Assembly (NCBI GenBank): GCA_031288735.1
Contig: JAITQU010000114.1
Coordinates: 1-58,568 of the forward strand
DNA length: 58,568 nt
Source: Christensenellaceae bacterium
Lineage (GTDB): Bacteria > Bacillota > Clostridia > Christensenellales > DTU072
Direction of reading: 5' to 3'
The position numbers and the translations under genes are program-made. Positions within the stretch are counted from its first letter, which is position 1, and each line of letters begins with the position of its first letter. Of this stretch, positions 30,901-36,390 are shown in pieces. The notes below the pieces were generated by a model. It saw nothing but the letters and a program-made list of their open reading frames with translations, was not told the origin of the DNA and did no database searches.

Positions 30901-32304
30901 ATTTACGTTTGGGAGGGAGGCACCTGCTTTGTTTCTACAGAACACACCTGGGATCAGATACATACTTTTGTAGATACAGTAAAACGTTGTGTTGAAAAAA
31001 TGAGACAAATGCTATCACAGGTGTCGTCGTTTTCTACCCGTTTGGTAAAAGGCTTATCACAAAGAGATTACTCTCGCATAGAACAATTTGTGTCAAAGTA
31101 CGATTTAGATGAAATTGAATCGATAGATGCAAAAGCAGCCGCTTTGCTTGCCAATAATGTAGCACAAAGAAACCAGGGTGGGGATGTATCTATCATTCGC
31201 ATAAACATAAAACGTAAAATCGAAATGGCGAATGTTCAACTATGTATGAACCGCATTATCAACTCTAGCCGTCAACTACGTAGTGCTTTGAGTTGGAGGC
31301 GGCTTGAACGCCCAATTCAAATGGTTTTCCGAAAGGCTCATTGTGAGGTTAATGCATTGCAAACAAATCAGGCAGATCTAGAACTCCTCATAAGTCATAC
31401 AATAGAAAAGCGTCAAAGAAGTGGATTCCAAATAGAGCATGCACCACTAGTCGGGGTAGACATTTTTAATGTTTCTAACGGTGAAACTGAATTTTTGTTA
31501 TCGTTTTATAATGGATGGATAGACGGATGGAGTGCCGATTTATTGCTTCGTCATTTACTGAGTCTCTTAAATAATGAGCAAACTGATTTAGTCGAGGTAG
31601 ATTGGCAAAATTTCAAGCAGTGGGAAAAAAAGCAGACCCCTCAGGCCAAATCTTATTGGAAGGATGCTCTGAGTCACTTCAGCCCAAGGCCCCAATATAA
31701 CCTTGTCGAAGGCACATGGCAAGAATATACGCTACAGATCGAAGAAAAATTAGCGCATATAATAAAAAAATTTGCTTCTAAACATCGAATTTCAGAGGCA
31801 TCAGTTTATTTGTGCGTTATGGCGCGCTCTATGGGACAATCTTGGATTATGACCACGATTTCTGGCCGAAACGCACCTGTCCCAGGTTTGTGGAATACAA
31901 TTGGAAATTTTGCATCGCTTGCACCTATACATATTCCACAATTGGATCATGTAGATCAAGCAATTACAGTAAACACTAGTGTTGAGATTCTTTCACAGCT
32001 TCCAACTTGTGACTTGGAAACCATCCAGCAATATGCTGGATTCGATTTAGGAGCTTTGGATGCTTTAGTTCAAGCACATACTCTTGTTATTTTGAATCAA
32101 GTAGAGGATAGGCATTACAATACTGACGCTTCTATCCGAGAAGACCGCAGCTACATTCGAGTTCCATGCCGTTACTATATTACGCCAGGTGAAAAGCTTT
32201 TAATCACGTATCACACAGGGTATATTTCTTGTGAAAATGTAGCAAAAATAGTGCAGTGTTTTGTCGAACAAATCGAAGAATATGCTGTGGAGGAAACTTT
32301 ATGA
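21988..32304 (+). CDS. Hybrid NRPS / trans-AT PKS megasynthase: C-A(Ser-like)-T-C-A(Asn-like)-T-KS-ACP-aminotransferase-degenerate C
   Basis: Motifs with nt positions follow. C1 has NHIVMDGWS (22348-22374). A1 has TSGTTGRPKG (23695-), LYGPTE, YRTGD and GKLDKN. T1 has FGGTS with the Ser codon at 24883. C2 has HHLLCD (25411-25428). A2 has YTSGSTGKPKG (26686-), NEYGPTE, YKTGD and GKIDRN. T2 has GGNS with Ser at 27820. KS has DSACSSG with Cys at 28486, plus HGTATQLGD and GHLDSVSG, and no AT domain follows it. ACP has GFDS with Ser at 29482. The class III aminotransferase has SGTEAMM, FDEVITGFR and YGKIIGGG with Lys at 30529. The C-terminal C-like domain reads YNGWIDGWS (31507-31533). An AAAGGGG RBS precedes ATG 21988; the ORF-track start at 21964 is a TTG. 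Confidence 0.93.
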   Translation: MIYCDLRAQTIDILPLTQLQQEMYASISLGLCDYKEQIHINLKQTPDCDILRQALENVVSSQPALRSVFRQVTSKKPTQIVLKDIILPFYVDCDPPELDVTSEPWNLSVSTARNRLSLLYNHIVMDGWSMAILFKQLFSGYESIYSGETWNIQSSSTMRTLFSIRKNRDTAKNEVFWRDILSNCYPTLLSDNICSIDSSKEESYKCSVPQEITQKLFNKAKELCVTPSVLFYAVWAILLGSFTGSKKVCLGVLLSGRGNKNVSFDTIGMYVQSIPLVTNLEGDFSDICHEISCFLRCPEVNAFEAGEDALISSGFSRRQELFDTLVAVENYPLDATETSWQALKINSYDYYERPSYPFTLQIRMGNTTDLMLTSTRDELFGNLKLVLNCYEGFLQQIANGVTELSELKICNVFNEEGFSIPFSTPSTLDSLIREGCFTGGDKIAISDGDETWTYQELLEQAECCAKGLVSLGVVPGDSVGICMERSARQLIAVYAVILVGGIYVPFSDSIPAIRANDMIVQAGIQRVICHTLPNDWQVEPVLFDDCFKYPEILLPNISKDSSRTAYILFTSGTTGRPKGCMVSHNSLYNRLLWNCIHLGLRPEERQLYKTPITFDVSLIEIFSIFVGRFTLYVLPQGNESRADCLVETIKKNKITYLHFVPSMLHTFLGYLDAFEQEKCLETIRIMVCSGEILPSSLVKNLLQRTICKNMQMYNLYGPTEASVDVSVHSCTVDELLPETPIGLPIWNTGLRVLDLWYRSLPNGICGELYIFGSNLGQGYVNNLEQTAANFLILPDGKRAYRTGDIAYRLLNEELVLIGRRDDQIKYNGVRIEISEIYETMMESGMVKGAATLLYKGNPDRLIAFYVGEKENEQNLRKYLSSRIPSHMLPSDYCKIDSLPKTAHGKLDKNYLLEQFNLHNHLRKEINFQYNENNEIERSVAEIWCQLIETDRKFLPEDNFFAFGGTSLLLIRMQIEIRKRWKVELPAHLIYKSPLLGHICNLIQTAYTGQAIQKATKNSVSILNTAQETIAKFQFLNPSNTAYNMPICFRLLPSVRAQDVLGHISQMIKENHWLRLTVKSTEKGLLADTVEYTQPHWEESHCTSSDILERISSFVRPFSPDKLMIRGAILRCEQEEYVLLDLHHLLCDQAVSQFLVESLLNRMDGNIKPLEVPVFKSEMLLSSGDTSPKIFPATNGKVLDQIKTNHPNRLGQLKRKGFCFSVKENQMVYDACAQYGVSAFLVLFTGFFMFSSRIADSNNLTIGTNTTSDTLQSAAMSLRVLPIQMQFNSSDTFETLLMQLNKAFANALAYMEGFSLGQFDVMFVREESPFNNDRWKKYFHEVSYINTTSKLGLTLFYKEIGKGFTFSFDYDAGLFDSLTIQNFVESYRFLLFEGLTHPKQSISEFQTMPQEQQISHTSCRGLSTPLPNQTIQTIFLDCCKKNPNAIAIYDKENWSYRKLLTLASKIAASLIEREDIGNLIGVLLPPSAEYLVTVFGILLAGKAFLPLDIQNPTQRNAAILKDSEVILCVSNQGIKFHTICCLTVEELSSHTLPVQCQGNMNDNVYCIYTSGSTGKPKGCVISQTNALNYLQWANSFYLNNKKGCFAFFTSPASDMTITSTLLPIMFGHSVVIYPQSARSILDASNDARVTVLKATPSHLNLIREKRMSSIQTIIVGGEQLTSALAANLSSLWKSPPDIYNEYGPTESTVGCMIYKYNPKDPWAAVPIGTAIDNMQISILDSKERPCIPGVSGELVLQGRSVIAGYLNQSTNTEERFAQLLDGTWQYKTGDFAHMCADGRIIYESRRDNQFQLSGYRVELGEIEQVAKETGGIEEACAIIHENQEGNSRLILYCVTNSTEYRDEVQLRKILFQKVPRYMIPGQIVFLEHLPLTSSGKIDRNILIKNTVIEGMPSDNTVRFLSTCWRKILGNSNFTLNDGFMEAGGNSLSIVALQQEISVQYPEITVENLFCYPSINALAKYLENNGQKQNIVNEAYRGEIVITGVAFSLCGAADLLSLRNVFSSQYSQIGYPNSRRRKDTKTALLNMGMQDKLYRFGMAAYLSDIDLFDNDYFRIGKDEANAMDPAHKLLLTIADRAFTDANFGHDFNGKNSAVVFGAPENIGYQDYVTRCYPNLSRAAMLNRVGSSIVGRIQHFYNLTGPAYLIDSACSSGLSALYNACAMIRAGDCDSALVGGVNLLNPLDISGEQKPEILSHRHHANTFAAIADGTARGEGCICLVLEKKEDVERANRTFYAEVIGGATNNDGFSASVTAPNGSAQVHLIRSAMKNAAIKPSDFGLIETHGTATQLGDSVELKALGDVFSERIGRGKCALSAAKTVYGHLDSVSGLLGVIKTILSLYYRELYHFIGVDIPTERFDFIESHFYMPDQVIPFPKNCSDDHICGISSFGLSGTNVHMILRQGNRTSEEKVKVQQHQKLKRCWLPDEPEHRFVGDKVQGKTQIQTRQTCEEIDRELSEKVAQLNKVNEVSYNMPFYEMGFDSVSIVQLRIFIQSNYGFELPVSPQDTISSIADEVFRKSEKNPSESKKRQHKNKVITSVLNTMFYENWEDYQFRVLVSDFARDYVKKTRLSRERMLDEKLEWANGRFITGQTKGLDELSYPIIASRGMGSEMWDIDGNYYIDYAMGFGVHFFGYNHPKIESAVVKEMQNGPVLGALMNTPFQVAEKISNLTGIERVSFCSSGTEAMMNLLRIARAVTSRNCVVMFEGSFHGSFDPLFVMKNELDDSFHPLPRSMGTPISYMDDIVMLPYGDDVALEYIRNHGSELAAVLVEPVQSRNPALRPAKFLHTLRKITQENGILLIFDEVITGFRSGTAGAQGYYGVQADLVAYGKIIGGGYPIGVFGGMARYMDLLDHRGSLRPTGAGHTLVGNGGTFHAHPTSMAAASKVLDIFEKDGESLCAEANAKTEHLAIRLNEFLLREKTGIQIEHFCSQFIFTGGEARALRLLQYLLIYNGIYVWEGGTCFVSTEHTWDQIHTFVDTVKRCVEKMRQMLSQVSSFSTRLVKGLSQRDYSRIEQFVSKYDLDEIESIDAKAAALLANNVAQRNQGGDVSIIRINIKRKIEMANVQLCMNRIINSSRQLRSALSWRRLERPIQMVFRKAHCEVNALQTNQADLELLISHTIEKRQRSGFQIEHAPLVGVDIFNVSNGETEFLLSFYNGWIDGWSADLLLRHLLSLLNNEQTDLVEVDWQNFKQWEKKQTPQAKSYWKDALSHFSPRPQYNLVEGTWQEYTLQIEEKLAHIIKKFASKHRISEASVYLCVMARSMGQSWIMTTISGRNAPVPGLWNTIGNFASLAPIHIPQLDHVDQAITVNTSVEILSQLPTCDLETIQQYAGFDLGALDALVQAHTLVILNQVEDRHYNTDASIREDRSYIRVPCRYYITPGEKLLITYHTGYISCENVAKIVQCFVEQIEEYAVEETL
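27975..29250 (+). other. Ketosynthase domain of the megasynthase (no cognate AT in cis)
   Basis: The domain starts at EIVITGVAF. It carries DSACSSGLSALYNA (active Cys), ETHGTATQLGD and YGHLDSVSGL, and ends at SGTNVHMILRQ. The next recognisable domain is the ACP. Confidence 0.85.
29750..31010 (+). other. Integrated PLP-dependent aminotransferase (AMT) domain, class III / GSA-aminomutase-like
   Basis: The motifs DIDGNYYIDYAMGFGVHFFGYNHP, SGTEAMMNLLRIARA, LIFDEVITGFRSG and AYGKIIGGGYPIGVFGG are present. The KS-ACP-AMT arrangement matches that of the iturin/mycosubtilin and microcystin synthases. Confidence 0.8.
31050..32301 (+). other. C-terminal condensation-like domain lacking both His of the HHxxxDG motif
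   Basis: The domain is about 420 aa and resembles C domains overall (LRSALSWRRLERPIQMVF...). The active-site motif reads Y-N-G-W-I-D-G-W-S, so the catalytic second His is Asn. Confidence 0.65.
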
Positions 32305-33335
32305 AGACCCCATGCTATGTCATTGTATCTGAGATACTAAAAAGTAATCTAGAACAAATGAAAAAACGGATGGCTCCATGCAACATTTTTTATTCAATGA
32401 AATCCAATCCAACCAATGTTGTTGCCAGCGTTTTGTCTGAGATGGATTGTGGATTTGAGGTTTCTAGCTTAGCTGAGGCACAAATTTTAAATAATTTACA
32501 GGTTGGAGAAAAAAGAATTTATTGCGGTCTTCCTGTTTTGACTAATGAACAAGTTATGATTTTTTTAGAATTTGGGTGTAAGCGGTTCGTTTACGATACA
32601 ATACGTCAAATGAAACGCCTAGTTTGTTTTGCACCAAATACACAAAAAGTTTTACGACTTACAGTAGATGATCTTTCTCCTGGTGCGATTGGATTTGGCG
32701 TGTCTATCGCGGAACTTGAAGCTAATCCTGAATTATTAACGGAAGCTGACGGAATGAGCTTTCACATTAGTAACCATAGTGAAATAAACCAAACTTTGCT
32801 TGCATTGGACCGAGTAGAGCAGTTAATGATAACTACCCCGAAAATAAGGCTTCTAAATATTGGTGGTAGCTATACGCTTACAGGGCAGGAAGAAGATTAT
32901 GAATCACTGCGTCTTCGGTTGTATGCGCTAATGCGGCAACACAATCTTACGCTAATGTGCGAACTAGGTTCTGCCATTGTTAACACTGCAGGAAATGTAT
33001 TGACTCGTTGTGTTATGGTACGAGATAGGGGTGGTTTTACCGACGTGTTTTTGGACGCAGGGGTACCAGCTGGCGTTATGCGATCGCCAAAAAAATTATA
33101 CAATCTTTCACAGCCGAACCCATTACATAGGCATTTTTATCGTTTTTTTGATACTACTAGCATGCGCCAACTATTATTTCAAATGCATATAAAACAAAAT
33201 ATTTCAGAAGGAGATTTGCTAAAGCTTACTGATTACGGTGCATATTCGTTTTGCTACAGTAATCGTTTCCACTCTCAACCAATGCCAGAAATCTTTTTAT
33301 TTCAGGAGGAACAAGAATTTGAAAAATTGGTATGA
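32301..33335 (+). CDS. Fold-type III PLP-dependent decarboxylase (Orn/DAP/Arg decarboxylase family; BtrK/NspC-like size)
   Basis: The PLP-Lys context is FYSMKSNP. NIGGSY, ELGSAIV and the C-terminal DYGAYSFCYSNRFHSQPMPE are also present. ATG 32301 overlaps the megasynthase stop (ATGA) and follows GGAGGA at 32289-32294; the ORF-track start at 32256 is upstream. Confidence 0.7.
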   Translation: MKTPCYVIVSEILKSNLEQMKKRMAPCNIFYSMKSNPTNVVASVLSEMDCGFEVSSLAEAQILNNLQVGEKRIYCGLPVLTNEQVMIFLEFGCKRFVYDTIRQMKRLVCFAPNTQKVLRLTVDDLSPGAIGFGVSIAELEANPELLTEADGMSFHISNHSEINQTLLALDRVEQLMITTPKIRLLNIGGSYTLTGQEEDYESLRLRLYALMRQHNLTLMCELGSAIVNTAGNVLTRCVMVRDRGGFTDVFLDAGVPAGVMRSPKKLYNLSQPNPLHRHFYRFFDTTSMRQLLFQMHIKQNISEGDLLKLTDYGAYSFCYSNRFHSQPMPEIFLFQEEQEFEKLV

Positions 33336-33336
33336 A

Positions 33337-34653
33337 ATGTTTTGTCAAAACAGTTTGCAAAACGGCGCATTTGATTACACTTCGTTGGTTTCTCAGAGCG
33401 ACAGTATATCGGATGGGATTAATCATCTTGGAACTCCCGAACTTTACAGAAAACTTATTGCAGAAGAAATTATGCAAGGAATACGCATTAGTGGATATTC
33501 TCAATCCTCTGGGCACCCCTTGTTAACTTATGGTATTGGGATGTATGAACGAATACTTGCTGGAGAAGAGCCTGAAAACTCATGTTTTTGTGCACATGTA
33601 TGTGTAACGGTGGGAGCCACAGCCGCTATTAAGAGCTTGTTTTCTTATTTTGCTGAAGGAAAGGGGATTAATGATGTTATGTGTCTAGGCATGAACTATT
33701 ACCTATTTGCTGTGTGTGCGCAACGATATAATATGCGCTTATCCAATTTACTCGGAGAACACACAATTGCACCCAACTTGCAGCAAATTGTGTGTGAAAT
33801 TCCAAAACATAAAGGAGGATTGCTTATTCTGACGCAACCTATGAATCCGTCAGGTGAGCAATACTGTGAATCAGAACTCATACAAATTTTTTCAATGTGC
33901 AAAAACTACGATTATACAGTTATTTTGGACCTTTGTCAGATGGATGAGCTGAATCCATATGGCACTGAGGTAAATATTGGGCGAGCGATACTTACGTCTG
34001 GAGCAGAAAATACAGTAGTGATTGTTAATAGCTTTTCTAAAATTCGCAGTCTTGCTGGAATGAGATTGGGTTATCTAGCTACAAACGATAAAAAATTAGC
34101 TAAATATGCTACATACCTAAACGAAATCAATAGTTTTAATCATACCCTTGGATGTGAAAATGCAGTAATTGTTGATTTGTTTTATCGAACCATTTTACGT
34201 AGTGTTGAAGCAAGCCATAAATCAACCGTGCGACTTTTTAGGAACTTAATTTTGCAAACAGCCGGAGAATCCATCTATCAGCGAGTATTTAGAAAACTCT
34301 TGAAAAGTGAATCCCTGTTTGAGGATGCAACGAATTTCCAAAAAGAGATTGCATCTCAATGGAAAATTGTTAGAAAAAATTATGAATTTTGCAAACAGAA
34401 ACTTCTTTTAGGCACAGCGTCACGAATCACTCCCTTAAGCGGAGGCTATAATTTCTGTGTTCGTTTTCCATTATCACTGGGACAGAGTGAGACCGAATGG
34501 GCGCAGATGATAGGACGTTCTATTGGATCCAATGTGTTAACACAGCAAAATTTCTGTGTTAAAATGGAAAAAAATTCGAAGAATGTTTGGCTTAGACTAA
34601 GTGCAGCAATGGAATCAAATCGTTTTCAGGGCTATATTTCAAAATTAGTATAA
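33337..34653 (+). CDS. Class I/II (fold-type I) PLP-dependent aminotransferase
   Basis: TQPMNPSGEQY (the NPxG motif) and NSFSKIRSLAGMRLGY (the SxSK PLP lysine) are present. ATG 33337 lies 1 nt after the decarboxylase stop; the ORF-track start at 33238 overlaps the previous gene. Confidence 0.8.
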   Translation: MFCQNSLQNGAFDYTSLVSQSDSISDGINHLGTPELYRKLIAEEIMQGIRISGYSQSSGHPLLTYGIGMYERILAGEEPENSCFCAHVCVTVGATAAIKSLFSYFAEGKGINDVMCLGMNYYLFAVCAQRYNMRLSNLLGEHTIAPNLQQIVCEIPKHKGGLLILTQPMNPSGEQYCESELIQIFSMCKNYDYTVILDLCQMDELNPYGTEVNIGRAILTSGAENTVVIVNSFSKIRSLAGMRLGYLATNDKKLAKYATYLNEINSFNHTLGCENAVIVDLFYRTILRSVEASHKSTVRLFRNLILQTAGESIYQRVFRKLLKSESLFEDATNFQKEIASQWKIVRKNYEFCKQKLLLGTASRITPLSGGYNFCVRFPLSLGQSETEWAQMIGRSIGSNVLTQQNFCVKMEKNSKNVWLRLSAAMESNRFQGYISKLV

Positions 34654-34669
34654 GAAGGAGATAGACCTT

Positions 34670-34924
34670 ATGGAAATTAAAAATAGAATTATCAATGTAC
34701 TCAATAACGTACTCGGTCGGGAAGTCACAATAACCCAATTACTAGAAGGAGGTATTTATTCCCTAGGAATTCATTCTCTTGTATTCTTAAAAATTGTTGT
34801 TGGTATAGAGGAGGAATTTGATATTATGTTTGATGACAATGAAATTAATTATGAAATGTTTAGAACGTTTGAAGATTTTTGCGATTTGATTGAGCGTAAA
34901 ACTAAGGAGGGGGACTATAAATGA
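34670..34924 (+). CDS. Free-standing carrier protein (ACP/PCP-like) 1
   Basis: The protein is 84 aa, acidic and helical, with the Ser motif GIHSLVFLKIVVGIEEEFD in the carrier-protein position. A GGAG RBS is present. Confidence 0.65.
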   Translation: MEIKNRIINVLNNVLGREVTITQLLEGGIYSLGIHSLVFLKIVVGIEEEFDIMFDDNEINYEMFRTFEDFCDLIERKTKEGDYK

Positions 34925-35166
34925 ATAATGTGGAGTTAATACACAAAGTCAAGGGCCTATTGCGGGAGAAGAGTAGATATAAAGGCGAAATAGACATGGA
35001 TCATTCTCTAGCAGGCATGCTTAATTCCATTACCTACATCCAGTTTCTTATTGCATGCGAGGATGCGTTTGAAATCGAAATAGAAGATGGTGAATTAGGC
35101 ATGACTAATTTTTCCACTTTTCAAGATATGGTTGATTTTCTAACAAAAAAAGTGTATCAATCATGA
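34921..35166 (+). CDS. Free-standing carrier protein (ACP/PCP-like) 2
   Basis: The protein is 81 aa, with the motif GMLNSITYIQFLIACEDAFE in the equivalent position. The start overlaps the previous gene (ATGA). Confidence 0.6.
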   Translation: MNNVELIHKVKGLLREKSRYKGEIDMDHSLAGMLNSITYIQFLIACEDAFEIEIEDGELGMTNFSTFQDMVDFLTKKVYQS

Positions 35167-36386
35167 ATGTGGTATTATTGCTTGAAGGACAGGGTAGTTA
35201 CTCTACCGAAAAAACTAAACAGCTAATTCAACATGATTCAAACGCATCTGCGTTATGGAAAAATGCTGACAAAATTCTTGGATGGAGTATTAGCGATCTT
35301 GTACATAAAAACGAACATACAGGAATGCTGGAAACGGATCTTGCTCAACCGATGATTTTTTTAATGGAGTATACGGCGTGGCATTGTGCGAAAAACACCT
35401 TGCCAGAAGCTCCAAACTGTGTTGTCGGACATAGCTTGGGGGAGATTACTGCTTTGGCAGCAGCAGAGGTTTTATGTTTTGAAGATGCCCTTCTTTTGAC
35501 AGCTCGGCGTGGTGAGGTTATGCAGAAATTTACATCAAAAGAGCCTCAAGGAATGGCTGCACTTATTGGGGCTAGCTCTGCAGAAGCGGAGCAGCTATGT
35601 AAGCAGGTGTCTCAAGAGCTTGATTTAGTTTTGACTTGTGCAAATTACAATTCTCCATCGCAAATCGTAATTTCAGGGTACCGAAAGGCGTTGGAACGAG
35701 CTGCTGAACTTACCACGAGTGTACTAAAGCCACTGCAGGTTACGCGGGCATTTCATACACCGCTGATGAAGTTTGCAGCAGATGTAATGGATGAGGCAAT
35801 GTCAAAATTAAAATTTTATCCATCTAAAATTCCAGTTATATCTGGAGTAACAGCAAGACCGTATCCAGCATCATGGACTGTTCGTCATTTACTAAAGAAA
35901 CAAATTACAAGTCCTGTGCGCTGGACTGAAATCATGAACTATCTTCAGGAAAAAGGCTTTACTACTTTTTTGCAAACATCGGAGCGTACATTATTTCGAG
36001 ATATGAACCCGGAATTAAGAGATGTCGTTTGCTGGGGTAGCCTAGAGCAGTGGAGCAATGGAGAATTATACAATTTTGATAATCTTTTTCGAAAAGGGAG
36101 TTCAGTATTGTTTGCCGTTGGCGTCTTAAGTGATTGTCTACGAAAAATGATTGCAAATCCGTGGCCAGAAAATATAGCTAGTGAAGACGTGAAACAGGCA
36201 CAGGGTTGCTATCATACGGTCTTGGATATTTGGAAAAAACAGGCAAGCGAGCCTACCCAGAGAGAAGTCGGTTTGGCGCTGAAGAATCTTAGCAAAGTTT
36301 TAACTATAAAAAAAATCGACTCAAAAACCAAATCGGAACAAATTGAGAATATTTTAGAAAAATATGGCATCAAAGGGATGTATTGA
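35163..36386 (+). CDS. Free-standing FabD-like acyltransferase (trans-AT) with about 110-aa C-terminal extension
   Basis: LLEGQGSY, the active site GHSLGEITA and RAFHTPLM are present. The FabD-like core covers about 290 aa and is followed by a helical extension of unknown function. The start overlaps carrier protein 2 (ATGA). Confidence 0.85.
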   Translation: MNVVLLLEGQGSYSTEKTKQLIQHDSNASALWKNADKILGWSISDLVHKNEHTGMLETDLAQPMIFLMEYTAWHCAKNTLPEAPNCVVGHSLGEITALAAAEVLCFEDALLLTARRGEVMQKFTSKEPQGMAALIGASSAEAEQLCKQVSQELDLVLTCANYNSPSQIVISGYRKALERAAELTTSVLKPLQVTRAFHTPLMKFAADVMDEAMSKLKFYPSKIPVISGVTARPYPASWTVRHLLKKQITSPVRWTEIMNYLQEKGFTTFLQTSERTLFRDMNPELRDVVCWGSLEQWSNGELYNFDNLFRKGSSVLFAVGVLSDCLRKMIANPWPENIASEDVKQAQGCYHTVLDIWKKQASEPTQREVGLALKNLSKVLTIKKIDSKTKSEQIENILEKYGIKGMY

Positions 36387-36390
36387 GAAC

